A stretch of 64,000 nt of DNA from Geosiphon pyriformis uo1 (GCA_016748015.1 JAAOMT010000047.1:126977-190976), one strand, 5' to 3'; numbered from the stretch's first letter, positions 12,750 through 27,269 are shown. The notes: generated from the letters alone by a model not told the origin. Program-made: numbers and translations.

Positions 12750-15060
12750 GTTAATTTATGATGTTTTTTTTAAAGCTACAATTTGGATCCTAATTACAAA
12801 ATAAAAATTTTTCCAAAGTCAACAAAAAATTTAATTTAAGTTATTAAAAAACCACTAGTTTTAATAATAAATTTAATTAACAAAGTTAATTTAGCCAATT
12901 CAAATTTCAAAGAAACCAATTTAGAGCTATTTACAAGATTTATAACAATATCTAAAAAAAGCCAAAGAAGCAAAAGTTTTTATAAATATTTTATATTAAC
13001 AAATCAATTCTCAAAAATTTTAAAACTTAATATAAACTTAAACACCAACTTTGAAAAATAAAGTAAAGACACATTATATTTAAAGATCAAATAACCAATT
13101 TTAATACCTAAAACAATATTATTAATTAGAAATTTTCTACAAAATTTGATTTTCTATATATACTAATTTTAACAACAACAGCATTTAAATTTTTTTATAA
13201 ATCAAAAATAACAATTATATACTTTAATTACCAAGTAAAATTAGAAGACTAAAGAATAAAACAATTAATTTATTAATTTTAAAAGCAGTACAACCAGTTA
13301 AAAAATTTACCAACTTGACTTTAAAATTGTTTTTTAAGATAATAATTTTTTTTGACATAAAAAAAATTTTAATACTGTTTTTTTTATCAAACCTAATTAA
13401 CAAATTAAAGCAACATTTAAAAATACATAAAACTTAAAATAATTAATGTTATTATTAACTTTAGTTTAATATTAAAGAGTTTACTAAAAACATCTGTTGT
13501 GCTTTTAATATTATTTACAATAGCTTTTAGAATAAAACTAAACTCTTATATTACCAAAGATTTTGCAAATTTAAAAGCAACAAAAGAAAATGTTTTAATA
13601 AACTTAATCTAAATAACAGTATTGAAAATGTTTAAAATGCAAATTTCATACAAAAAAGCCAAAAATTATTCTTAGTTATCAATTTTAAATCAAAAAAACT
13701 ATGCAAAAACTCGGAATATAATCTTAATATAAGCCAATTTAATCTTAGATATTAAAATAAAACCACTTATTTAGAAAACTTTTAATAGGTGTAAATATTT
13801 TTTAAATATTACCAAAATCAGTAATATTATAAAAACTAAAGAAAAAATAATGATTTAGTTTTATTTAATCAGCCCAATTTTTGAGATCAAGTAATCCAAT
13901 GAATTAATTGGTTGAAATTATGTGTAGAAATGTAACTTGTTTTGCTTTCAGAATAAGCAATAATTAATTAAAATTCAATATATTATTACGGTTAAAACTT
14001 TTACTTTTTAGTCATAGTTAATCACATGTATTAGCCACTAATGTCATTAATTAGCCAATCATTGATATGATCATTAACCGAATCATTGATGTGATCCTTT
14101 TTAAGAGTATATAAGCGAGACTTTTCAAAGCTGTAGAAAGACATTCACACTAGAATCCACACCCAGTTTAATAAAACGATATCAACTCTTTTATTTCCTT
14201 TTCACTATTTCTTTTCCCTTTCTTGATTTGTATAATTAGTTTTTGTGAAGTTTTTTGAATAAATGTTTACTGAAAAGTACAACTGATATCTGATATTGAA
14301 TTCTAAGAGCACCAACATGAGGTATAGAATTATACCAGTGTGTTATGTTTTGTTGACAGTACAGACTATCTCTATATCTTCAGATTCGTTTGTTACCTTT
14401 GGAAAGAATAGTGACTGAGATATTTATGAGACTAATCTCGCACATTGAATCCTTACTAATTCAATTCGCTCATTAAAAGTTGAATTACCCTTTGATCATT
14501 TTTATCACCATACAATATTGTTCTTCCTTGCTAAACATTAGCGTGTTACATCTGACCATAACAATATTAAGCAATATAATCATGTTTTAATTAGAGCCAA
14601 CTTTGGCAAATATGTTGTCACTGTTATTATTTACATGAAAAAAAAGTCATTATTTACAGCCAAATTGCAAATGGACATTAAAAAATAAATTTATTTAGCA
14701 TCTTAAAGAGATTGGTTACTTTAGATTAAAGAAAAGAGTGTGTAAAGAAAAAAATAGCTTGATTATCAGTTTGCTGTTGAAAGTCTTGAAACTCTTTATG
14801 TTGGTAGTGACTACACTAGGCCTGGCCCTAGTCGAAAGAAACTTTAGGCGAGAAAAAACTTCCACTCAAAGTCAAAAAAATATTTTCTTAGCAGCCAAAG
14901 ACTGCTTTTTGTCTACAATATTTAAGAGAAACACATTAGATAAATACTGCCGAGCTGTCTCTACTTCCAAGAAGGCTTCTTCTTAAGTACTAGAACTAAT
15001 AGAAACAATAATAGAAGAAGGGTTTGCTTCCTTTCTACTCTTTGTTCTGGTTGTGGTCAT
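12750..15060 (-). mobile_element. Heavily decayed retroelement-like coding relic (probable non-LTR ORF1), interrupted by the LTR-like insert
   Basis: Minus-strand ATG at 15060 (MTTTRTKSRKEAN...), stop-riddled coding-like frames, near-absence of CpG in the 3' part. The frame continues on both sides of 13931-14550 (...IVMVR | FLHII...DLKNWAD*IK). Family assignment rests on remembered resemblance only. Confidence 0.4.
13931..14550 (+). mobile_element. Probable solo LTR (~620 bp)
   Basis: Perfect inverted termini TGTAAC...GTTACA (TG..CA). Internal CCAAT (~14055), TATATAAG (~14108) and AATAAA (~14170) lie in LTR order. No target-site duplication visible (agaaa vs tctga). Confidence 0.6.
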
Positions 15061-16451
15061 AAAATTACAAGAGAAAAAGAGTTCATTCATTTCTTATTAT
15101 CAGTCAATAATTTAAATCGTAAAATTTGGATTAAAGAATTGAACATAATATAATTAAAAAAACCTATTTTACAATTCAAGCTATTGCATTCAATTTTTTA
15201 TTTATATTATTAATAGGTTTCTTATTAATGGTTGACCAGTTTTAGTTAAACCCTTATAGGATATATTGTTTAATACTCTCACTTATTGTTACAAATTACT
15301 AATTAAACAAGTAAAAAGGGGTTTAACTTATAAACGAGCTCCCAATAAACAAAGTATCGAGATTAGTTCATGCAGAAACAAAAGTAGTATTTATTAGTTT
15401 TTGCCTGAGATAAACTAGTTAAAGAGGTTGAATTCGTATTCACATTTAAATTCTGAGGTTTATGTTGAAATCAATATATAGATCGGAGGTTACTTCCCTT
15501 TTTCAAGAGCAGAGTCAAATTGGCTGTAAACATATTTTGATTAAAGCAAACGAAATCAAAGAAGGCTATCCTTACCAAAATTTAAAATCTCGTCTTCTTT
15601 TTTCTCCCCTTTCGACACACGTGCAAACAAAACAAATTATAGATCAAGTTTGATCAAATATTTTAAATCATTCTCTACATTTAATAGATGGTCACCAAAT
15701 AGCGCCTCCACGATCTGTAGTCCACGGGGGATTATATTCCCAATTTATCGGATTTTTATTTCCAAGGGGCTTTTTTCTATTGATACTAGCTGTTCTATTA
15801 AAAGAGAAACTTGAACTGTTTGTGAGTAGACACTTTCGATTTAACAAATATTTTCAACTAACTTTTCATCATAACCAACTTTACAAAAAATAAGAATAAG
15901 AATAATAAAACCCTTAGAGTAAAATAAACGAAAAATTTATTTGTTATTTTGAAAATGTTCGTCTACTTAAGGAATAAATCAATATTTTAAATAGGGTTAG
16001 GTGGGAAATTATTTATTAAAGAATTTGAAATTGCTTTTCGGTTCAAAAATATTTTATCGAAATGAAAGAAAAATATAAGGTGAAGTTTTATTTATCATTA
16101 TTAAGTTTAGCATCAAACCAAAAATAAATCAAAATTCACAGAGAAGCTGAAATGACCTTTACCCCATTTAGTAAGTACCATGGTTATCACCGGTTATAAG
16201 GATTGTATGAAAACTTTTCCAATCCTCTAAGTCATAAAATTAAATCTACTCAAAGTTTTTGTAAAGAATCTAGACTTTGGATATCAGGTTTGCATTTTCC
16301 AAAGTTAAACTTTTAATATTGTGTAGTTTCTATAAAATATTTCAAAGACTTTAAAAGCATTTTAAGATGCAAACTATCAGAATTATGATAATTCTTTGAA
16401 TGAGACTGCTTTCCCAAGAAAGTTTGCAATTAAATATAAAAAACAACAAAG

Positions 16452-16452
<1 letters not shown>

Positions 16453-16494
<42 letters not shown>
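16453..16494. repeat. (CAA)n microsatellite
   Basis: About 14 perfect CAA units, intergenic. Confidence 0.95.
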
Positions 16495-17220
16495 CCATAA
16501 ATTTCAGAATATTGGAAAATAACTTTGGACGTTTTTCTCATCAAAAATATAGTTTTTAGTCTGGAATTTTACTTCTTTTGTATCATTTATTTGTTTTTAT
16601 AAAAAAATTATAGCCTTTGACGATTTCTAGCATTTTAAATAATTTCACCTTATCAAAGAATCTTCGAACAAACCCTACGAGAATGTTCGAAATTTTAAGT
16701 TTTACATCATTTTTTTAATTTAATTTAGCTAGAAAAGCTTTTGCCTTCTGTTAGATGAGCATTGTAAATATTATTTTCAGTTTTGAAAATTGGGGATAAA
16801 ACTGTCAAACAATTTTACCATTTTTCAGATGTACAAAATAATGATGAGAGATAATCTCCTAATTTTAGTAACTTTAAAAAATTTTTATTTACAATTTCCA
16901 AAGGCAAAGTAAAAATATAAATGAGGTTTACTTTAAAAAAAAATTATCTAAACAAACAATAGTTTCGTTAAATTAATTTAACTACAAGTATTCGAATGTT
17001 TCATAAATACTGTCCACGGAATTTTTCCAATCTCATTTGAGTTCGTAAATCATTAATCAGGGATCGATAACCCAAAATATAAACCAGATTATCGTAAACA
17101 GAAAATTACTTTATTAACCATAAGTTTACTTGGTATTATTTTTATTATTCTTATTCTTATTATTTTAATAAATAAATCAAAAAGTTGAATTTGACTCAAC
17201 TTCTTAAAATTTATAAGAAA

Positions 17221-18818
17221 ATGAAATATTTAATTTTCTTCTTCTTTTTATCACAGGTTTTTAAAGTTGTAATCAATTCCAAAAATTTAGATGGGAACAA
17301 AAAATTCTTTCTTTCAAGAAACAACCCAAAAAATTTAAATTTACATCATAATTTTTCAAAATCAATATTTTTTAACTCTTATTATCCCCAGTCAAAAAGA
17401 CAAATTCTTCCAAGGGGTCAATCACGACCTCATCCATTAAAAATAAGAATTTCTCCAGATGACAAGTTAATTTCAGATTTAGGAATGATAGCATTCGTAG
17501 CAAACCATGCTTACTGTGCTCCACAAAAAAATTTTATTGGAAAAGTGGTTGGCAAAAAGGATGTAATAGGTGCATTACTTTAAAAATGTAGAGTTTGAAA
17601 TACTTTAAAATCATTTCCTTAGAATTTAATATAATTTAATTTTTCCAAAGCCCATTTAGGAGCTTATGTTTTTGATTCGAAATTTCCAATCTCCGTAGCA
17701 GCTGTTATCATATATTTTAAAGGAAAGGTAAATTTCGAACATTAATCACCCTTCAAAAAAGGTTTATCTAAAATTAAGGAGTCTTATAACATATCACATA
17801 TATCCTCTTCTTGATTTAAGACTTTGACAAAAGAACAATGGATTTCAAGGAAAACGGAACTTATACCGTTTACCTTTGCAGGGCAAGAGACTAATCTTGC
17901 ACTTTTGGTAGATAAAGAATGGTTTGAAGATATCAAGAAGATGTGGCCAGTTATGAAGTCTAGAATTTATGAGATTCTTGAAGATCCGCCTTATGGGTTT
18001 GTTTTCGATAGTATCATTTTTACAGGACATGCTATTGGTGGCGGTGTGTACATTAAGCTTATTGTATTAATATTCATGATTTTTCTAATATATATATATG
18101 ATTTTTGAGTTTTGAAATATTTCTTCACAACTTTGATTCTGATTCCTATTAATAGCATATGCGACATTAGCAGCTGAATTATGGGAAATTGATATGCAAA
18201 CCAGTAGCCTGGCACGAGCATATTCTTATGTTTCATCTCGACTAGTAACTTTTGGTGCCCCCAGAGTAGGTAATCAAAACTTTGCGCGACTCGTCAACAA
18301 GCATTATTTGACGAATGATCGAGTGACATACAAAAATGATCATGTTCCACATTTCCCCGCCAAAAAGCTAAATGGGAGTAAAAGAGTTATGGAACATTCA
18401 GAAACTGAAATTTGGATAAAGCCACTTAAATATGATTGTAATTGTCATCATCAAGGGAATGATGGAATGTATTGGAATAGTAGAGAGGAATATTTCAAGT
18501 GTTATGGATTGAATGTAGCTTTTGAATCGAAGAATATGTTGCTACCATATAATGGCACGGATATCCTTTTTCCACCTGATATAGTAAAATCTCGTGAGAA
18601 TCTGGTAAATTTTTCTCAAATACTTGAAGGAAGGAATATTCATCAAATCTATTTCAACTAATTTTCTTTCCTCATGTATCAACTGATAGGCATGTAATGC
18701 AGGACAAAAGTTTCATAATGTTCCGAATGGATTTGTGCATCAGGGTCCTTATTTTGGTATTATGATGGGTAATTGTAATGGGTTTGGAGACTTTGGTTTG
18801 GTTGGAATCAGTTATTAG
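17221..18818 (+). CDS. Secreted lipase class 3 (alpha/beta hydrolase) fold protein, nucleophile Ser replaced by Ala (~408 aa)
   Basis: Exons 17221-17569, 17651-17727, 17821-18043, 18156-18604, 18690-18818. Signal peptide, ANHAYC, IIYFKG, FTGHAIGGAYATLAA, VTFGAPRVGNQNFA, RVTYKNDHVPHFP, HSETEIWI, HQGPYFG. Confidence 0.88.
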
Positions 18819-21800
18819 TATTGTGAGTGATTTATATTTCCAATTTTAAAACAAATTTTATTTAGCGTGTGGTTGCATTCTGAAAAATCCAAAAATCAAT
18901 TTATCAGAACAAACTTTATAACTTTAATGCTGAAAATAGTCAAAGAAATATCAGAAAACTTGGTAGTTTTATTTAAAAATCTATTTTAAAAATTAGAGAA
19001 AAGGAAAGATTATAAATCACACAAAATTATGTCACTTTTTGAAAATAATATTCAAATGTTAAATATAGTTTTTAACAATTCCTGAAGTAGAAGTTCTTTT
19101 TAAATATAATAATACTTAAATAATTTGTATTGCTATAAAATTATTCACATGTTAATTTTCTCATATATTCATTCTACTTTCATTATGACAAATTTCTTTT
19201 TCAATTTGCTTTGAACTTTCTAACAATTAATTATTAAGCAAAAGCGTATATAATATTGTATTAATTCCTTATTTTTATTTTTATTCTTATTCTCAACTGA
19301 AAGAAAATTTCGATTATAACTTTGTAATTTCACATTTAATATTATAGCAAAAATTTTATTACAAATCTTAGTTAACCAAGAAAATAAATAGAAAAATTAA
19401 TTTATAAATTCAATCAAAAAAATATAAAATAAAAAAGTCATCATATTTAGAAAACAAAATTGAAAATATCTTAGATAATTTTAACAGAAATATTCACAAT
19501 CTACTTTAATTAAGGCATTTATTTTCATTACTAAGTCACAATTAATATGAGGTGATTTTACAACTTATCCATTTTAATTTTATTAAAACACGCCTTTGAA
19601 AGATGTAATAATAGTTTGAAATTTCTTCTCTGCTATAGCATTAGTGTTTGAATCAAGTCTAGCTCAGAAAAGATAAGAAAGTTTCGAAAAAAAAACAAGG
19701 CAATAAGTAAAAATTATAAAAAATTGATAATAAAATTGAATAATTATAGTATTAGCTCATATTAATATTTCTTTAAATTATTATTGTCTTTTCTCGACCT
19801 ATCAAAGAAAATTTTTCAATTAATCAAACAATACTATTCTTAAATTTCAAAAATAAGATATTTTTGCCTAAATCTTCTAATGGATAGACACATTACGATA
19901 ATAATAATGACCGCTTAATTTTTGAATCGGTTTCCAAAGTTATACTTTAAGACCCAAATTGAACTTTTCAACCATTTTGAGAAAGATTATAATATGAGCG
20001 GCAGTTTACACATGGTGTTTCAGGACATTTTACCTACTACAATTTAGAGATAATATTTATGCTATTCATTTTTTCTGAATTTAATATGAAATAAAAATCA
20101 AATTATAAAAAGGGAAAAGCCAAGATTTTTTTACAAAGGCTTGATTTTTCTCCTGTACGCAAATAAAAGACCGATATCAAATTTATAAAAATATAAATTT
20201 AGACCGATAAAATATATACTCATATAATAATCGAATCTTAAATTAATAACTGTCTTATATAGTATTCTTGGCCTATGCAGCATTAGAAAAGTAGTCTAGA
20301 TTTCAAATTTCGTTTTCGACCTTAAAGCTTTATTTAAGATAGCTAAAAAACTATTGTATACTAGAATAAAATTAAAAGTGCAAATATAATATCCTATTTA
20401 GTGATAAATATTTTTAGTTTTCACGCAAATTTTATCACTATCATAAAACAATTGCTAAACTGAAGTGTAAATCTGTACAAAAATTAAAATCAATTTGATA
20501 ACCTCAATCAAACTATTAACCTCACAATCTCACGCTGGGCCTCATACGTATCATTTCTCTCAAATTCAAGGCCAATATCATCGAAACTAATTATTTCATA
20601 TTAAACTCAAACTCCTCTTACATCTATTAAAATAATCAATACTGGTTGTGTGATAATGTTTGGGATGGTTCAGAAAATGGTGTCTTTTTTTAATTCAAAA
20701 ATTAAAAGAAACAACAAATGACTTGATTCAATCACCAATTAGTCTGCAAGAAAATTCCACCGTGAAGCGAATATTAGATCAAAATGAAGACTTTATTCAG
20801 ATGTGGAACCTTAAATTTTTAATCAGAATATACTGTTATTTTGCTAAGAGAAATTTCACTTGGATTCTTGGAAGAAGTAACATAACTAATTTTCCAGGAT
20901 CAAAGTAAAAGGCAAGTTACAATTAGGGTTTTTAGCTGGATAGTTAGGCTTCTAAATGATTTTAGATTTTGATTAAATCCTCCTTTTTAATTGGTAGATA
21001 CATGTAAAATATATGACAATTCAAATATACTGAACTCACATTAAAAATAATGATTCAGCAAATTTCTTCAATCACTTCATGATTAATAAAAAAATACATT
21101 TTCAAGTCGACCCAGCATCAAATCAAAATAGTCCTTCGTATTAATATTTCGCCAGGAAGAGACCAATCTGGTAATAGCGCTGGTATCAATGCCAAAAATT
21201 ATTAATAATATGGAAAATTATAGTTTTATAAGTTGATAGCGCATATGAATTTCAAGAAACAGGTAAAAGAAAAGGGCTCGTTATGCTTTAGAAATAGAAT
21301 GTCTTTTACCAAATAGTCATAATAATTCGATACCTTTTATAGTCGATTATCGGCAAAGTACAAATTTACTTTCTTTATTGCATTGAGTTCCTCTATAATT
21401 CTTATGGCCATATACTTTTATGGTATCTTAATAAACAGGTAAGGTATAAAGAGTTTTGTTATTTTAAAAAATCATAAAAGTATTAAAAAGTTAAATTGCA
21501 AGAGACAGTGAAGCCCTACCACTATCTACAATGGGTATATTCACTACTTTTCTAATTGGCTCCTTAGTAATGACTCATCAGAAATGGTTGTTCGTACAAA
21601 CTAATATCAATAATAACCAAGTATGTGGTATTTGGCAGGTAGAGTGTACTATCTAATAAGGGAATTGATATTGTGTTTCCGTTGAGCGTTATTTGAAAAT
21701 TCCGGTCTAATTCTGTATTTTGGTAGATTGAAATGTTCTTTGTTGGGAGTAAAATTGAATCTTCATAAGGGATATTTATGTTGCTTTGAGGGGAAGGGTT

Positions 21801-23399
21801 GAATCAATATTTAATCTGATCAGACCTGAGGTTTTTTTTATTTAATCAAACTAAATAACATACCTGAGTTATTGATATTGAATTTGTCAAGATCTAAATT
21901 GAAATTAAAAAAAAAAAATTTTTAAAATTGAAAAATGAATGTATTCTTTCAAGGATACATACCATTTAAGATTTTTTCTTTGACTTTGTCTTTAAATCTT
22001 CATATTTTATGCAGATTTATTATTGGCAGAGTACGATTATACATAATATGGTCACGCTAATCGAGTGGAGTTTTTATTTGTATACGCTCATATCATGATG
22101 TGTTGCATTTACAGAAAAAAAATCAACCAATTTATAAGGCTCCTAAGAACAATGATTCTGAATATTTATCTTAGATCGAAGGATAGGGAAATCCCTCATT
22201 AATAAAATGGCATACTTGGTTGCTTTGTTAAATCGGAAAATATTTTTCAATTATTCAAACTTAGAATCTAGTTCAAAAAATTCAGATAATAGCAAATCCA
22301 TGATTCCCTCCAAGATACAAAATACTGATTGATTTAAAACGGAGGCCCAAGAGAAACTAGCAAACTATGTAACGTTTGTTACATTTCGATTTGGTCTGCA
22401 TTTTTGAATAGTCATAACTGTTTCCTGAAAATTATAATCAATGTTAATATGGTGTTAATTTTGAATGAGTTCTTTATAAATTATAATTCTTGTTCATTTG
22501 ATTGGCAAAGATGTTTTATATCCTGTCTAATCCTAAGCATTACCACAACTAACAATGATCCATCTTGGTTTGAGTAATGCTGAAAAAAGTAACTTATATT
22601 ATGCTTTTGAAGCAGTAATCTATTAAAAGATTTAATCTTTTTTTATCGAAAATTTCACATAAGCAAACCTTTGACGTATGAAGTCTGAGCAAAATAGTTA
22701 TCGAAAATCAAAACGTTAGCGAAAAAGCTCGAGTTGACTTGATAGAGAAATCAAGTGATATATTGCATATTTAATTGTTACTCAACATGAAAATTCTAGA
22801 TTCTGAGAGGCGGTCACACGCTTACGGCTGATGGATCCGACCGAACTTTATAAACTAATTTTATATAGACAGCTATTGCTGACTAAAGGAAATGGTTTAG
22901 AAACTTCTTATTTTGGAACTATAGGCCATGTATTCAAAGCTCAAATTGATATTTAATTCTATATGCATGTAGATTGTTTCAATGCAAAGTCACTTGATGC
23001 TAACTTTTTCTTTTTTAACGATAGTACATTTCAAAAACGTGGATATGATTAAAACAATGAAGCAAGGAGATGACCAGCATCATGTTTTTCTAACTCTATT
23101 CTAAATAGATCTTTCAAAGCGGAATTAATTTGCATTTTTGCACATAATTCACATTAGAAATGAATGTGTGTCAGTCAAGGAACGTAACAAACCAAAGATA
23201 TGATACTTTTGGAATGAGAGTGAACCTTTCAACTTTAAATTATGTAAACTCATTAAGCTGTTTATCTCAAATGTACTACACAATGTCAAAAAGCTGGAGA
23301 AACAGGAAAACTTGAGCTTAAAAACGGTAATGGTTGTCGCAAAAATATTACAGGACCTATATCAAGAAGAGTAGGTTGATATAAATTCGTAGAAATTCT

Positions 23400-23690
23400 T
23401 CATTGTTTATGCGAAAAATTGCTACCAAACTAAATACAGAGGGATTAGAAATTTCATATTGCACAATTAGCAGACATTTGAAATCACTTGAATATGTGAA
23501 AAACTTATAAATTAGTACGCCAATTCTGACAAAAGTTCAAAAGCAAATAGGCCAAATTCATACAAAGAAAAATGGCCAGTTCACCCAAGAACAAAAGATT
23601 TTATAAAAATTTTTGTTTGGGGCGGCTTTTCTACGAAAGGAAAAACTAGCTTGTTTTGGGTGTATCATGGATCTCAAGTTTTATTTTGGC
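23400..23690 (+). mobile_element. Tc1/IS630 transposase fragment
   Basis: YKEKWPVHPRTKDFIKIFVWGGFSTKGKTSLF..IMDLKFY; same family as the relics at 1-600 and 60500-60980. Confidence 0.7.
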
Positions 23691-25482
23691 CTTTCTAATA
23701 AAATTTTAAATGATTATATTTTTTAATGAATTATTTTAAATTGCCCCAAATTTTTTTAACTAGCCTTATATTTTTATTCAAACTATTAAAATTAACAACT
23801 TTTTTTAAAAACCAATTTTACAATTTTAAGAATGAATGATTATTATAGCAATAAGTTTTGATTCTCTTCAAAAGAAACACAATAACATGGCCAGAATATT
23901 ATTCTCTTCAATGTTCATTTCTTTAAGAAAATAGCATCAGAACTAATAGCATAATTAATTACCCGTTTATTATTTCAAGTTTGCCATATGAATGTAAATA
24001 TTTAGTTAGATGACATGAATATTAAAAACATTGAAAAGATTCTGCATGAACCAATTTTTATTTTTATTTAATTAAAAATGGCAGTTTTTATTGCTAAAAG
24101 ATTCGTAACGCAAACTTTTAAACCAACCCTTTGTTTGAGAACCTTTGCTTCTTTAATAAATAACTGATTATTTTTTAGCTAGTTTCAAATTGTTAAATAC
24201 CTCCTCTATTTAAAAAGAATTTGTGTATTAGGTAAGTATATATGTTAAAATTTTTTTTTTGAATTATTATACCAATTATATCAAATTAATTTTTTTGAAA
24301 GTGGAATTTGAACTTCAAGAAGAAAAAGCTAGTTTGAATAACTAAGTACCAATCTCATGTTTTCCAACAATTTCAAAAGTTTTCTCTTTCTTGAAACTTC
24401 CATTAGAAATTGCCTGCGCAAAAAAAAAACAATCGGTAGCCACTGACATAATTTAAACCTTAAAATTGATTCCAAATTTTTTTTGTTAATCACTGCTTAC
24501 TTTTTCACAAATTTATCATACCACGTCTCAAAGTAGGCTCAAAAGAATATTTTTGGTTTTTATTTCCGGCAATATTATTGAAATTTAGGTTGGCCTAATT
24601 TTGGATTTGAACTCATTGTGTAGATATTTGGCTCAAGAATTGAACTTTAAAACCCAAACTCAATGTCAATATTGAGGGAATTCCCGGTTCTTTTACAAAT
24701 TGTCAGCGGGATTATAATAATGGGGACTATCAAAATACCCTGATCACGAATGTTATTCTTAACCTATTCTGGTTTAATATTATGATAGAACCTCGTGAGG
24801 GGAATGTTTTTTATCGATTAAAAAATGCATCTTTTGAAATTTATGATATGTTTACGCATGTATATATTCTGATACTCCTTAAATTCACCCTGATTTCGTT
24901 ATATAAACGTTATTATGTAGACTATAAGTGAAAATTCAAAATTCAATTTTTGAGTTAAAGTTTCAAAAAAGGGGGTTATACCCTTCAACGAAAATAAAAT
25001 TTAAACTTGATTAAGATTTCGACTAATAATATTCACGAATATTCTCACCGGAACCTCGTACAAAGCTTACAGAATTCGAATTAAAAATTCTAGATTTTGA
25101 TTCAAAGTTTAGTGAAACTTGCGTGACCCTAATAAACTAATAAAAATCGGCTTAAAGGTCGTAAAGAACAGCCATGGTTAAATGATATGCGGCAGAAACA
25201 TGCATCATCATCACCTGCCAATGCATGCTCAAGGTTAAAAATGATTCAATGCTGACCTGGAATCAGGACCCGTGTTATCGGAAACTAAAATTAATTCCCA
25301 TAGAATTGGGACAAAAAGATTTCTTTTAAATATCGTGGTCATAAATTTAACAAAAACTCGGGATTAATCAATATATAAATACTGACTTTTAGAGCTTTCT
25401 CCTCTATATTTTGAATTTCTTCACCAAATCAATTTACCCAATCAAATTTATCATTCTCTCCCAATATATTTCCACCGTTAAA

Positions 25483-27269
25483 ATGAAAAAAATGACAAAC
25501 AATATCGCAAGAACATTCAGCAAATCTCAGGATAAAAGAAAATCCCTTCCAGTTCCTAAATCTTCTTTCACTCAAGAATCTCTAGATATAAATCGTATTC
25601 CATGGGGTGTTGATAAGGAGGAGGTGAATTTTGAATCGAACCTTTAGATTTCATTTGTTGGCCTTTATTTGTATTTTGATCATTGGCCCGTTTTTGTTGA
25701 CTTTTTTCGACTCGTTTCCCGCCATGATCATCCAATCTCCGCGATTGATAGATCCTGTTGGAACCATTTAATTACCTTCTAGCTCACCCTGGTAAAGAGA
25801 TAAGAAGTAAAATGATTGAAGCTTTCAATTACTGGCTGAATGTGCCTAAGGAACAGTTAAATGTCATCACGAAAGTTGTGGAAATGTTACACACTGCGAG
25901 TTTGTTGTAAGTTTAAAGGTCCTGCAAAATAATGGATCACCATGCACTTTAATGAGTTATTAAATCGATCTATACATTTCCCAATTTATCTAATCATCCA
26001 GAATAGATGATGTTGAGGATGGCTCCACACTGAGAAGAGGAGTCCCAGGTAAATCTCATTTCATGCTTGCCTTGTTTTTTTTGTCATATTTTTGATATAA
26101 CAATGACTTCCTCCATATTTCCATCGAAAAGTCGCTCATCACATCTATGGTGTACCGGCCACGATAAACTGCGCGAACTATATTTACTTTCTTGCGCTAA
26201 ACGAGCTTTCAAAGCTTGAAAATACTCAAATGTTCAAAATTTATACTGGTGAGTTGTAGACTAGGATTTTTTTTTGACGAAATTGCTCAATTGAAACCTT
26301 GATCTTAGAGGAATTGATGAGCCTACATCGAGGCCAAGGTATGGAGTTGTACTGGCGAGATACTGTGATTTGTCCATCGGAAGACGAGTTTCTTGAAATG
26401 GTTTCAAACAGTAAGTCACATTTAATACTTTTCCTATTTTGGGCTTTCTTCAAAATTTGAAATTAAAATGAACTCTAAATCTACCTTTCCCTACCCCAAA
26501 ATTTTGTTTCATCCTTTCACTTGGCTCTTTAGAGACCGGTGGTCTTTTAAGGCTTGCTGTAAAACTTATGACAGAAGCAAGCAACGCAAAAGAGTAAGCA
26601 TTTTTGCATGATTGTAGTCATAAATTTTTATTTACCTTTAACTTTATTCCTTTAAATTCTGATTATTTTTTAGAGATTATGTTAAATTAGTTAACATAAT
26701 CGGTATACACTTCCAGGTTAGAGATGATTACATGAATTTACAATCATCATTGGTATGACTATTTTATTTTACCTTCCAAATCAAAAAATATATAAATTAA
26801 ATTGACCAATCTTCATTTTATCCTTGCAAAATTAGTATACTGATAACAAAGGATTTTGTGAGGATTTGACCGAAGGAAAATTTTCTTTTCCCATTATACA
26901 TTCGCTTCACTCGGATCCTTCTAATCGTCAATTAATAAGTAAGTGATTTGTCCTTTCAAGGCTGAAATTTTCAATATATTGAGCTCAATAACTAAATCAT
27001 CCCACTTTTTTTTAGATATCCTAAAGCAACACACAAATAATATCGAACTTAAAGAATATGCAGTAAAATTAATGAAAGAAACTGGCTCATTTGTGTACAC
27101 TCAAAATTTCCTTCAAAAAACCGAGAAAACAGCACGTGACGAAATTGTTCGTCTAGGTGGGAACCCGTTAGCTGAAAAAATCATTGATTTATTATCCGTA
27201 CCGGTTGATGACACTATTAAAGGTAACGCCCAATCATCTACCGCTAAAACCTCTGTATCCACTAAATAA
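25483..27269 (+). CDS. BTS1: Geranylgeranyl diphosphate synthase (type III, BTS1/GGPS1-like), ~352 aa
   Basis: Nine exons: 25483-25623, 25752-25906, 26002-26048, 26132-26248, 26309-26410, 26533-26593, 26674-26752, 26836-26938, 27016-27269 (total 1059 nt). Motifs PGKEIR, LHTASLLIDDVED..LRRG (FARM), [23 protein letters not shown] (SARM), [13 protein letters not shown]. Confidence 0.95.

Noticed and set aside
20500-21700. Possible exon-like fragments on the minus strand
   Set aside because: No consistent spliced frame or recognisable motif could be built.
25483-27269. Terpene biosynthetic gene cluster around the GGPP synthase
   Set aside because: No cyclase, P450, prenyltransferase or transporter nearby; motifs fit a housekeeping type III GGPPS.
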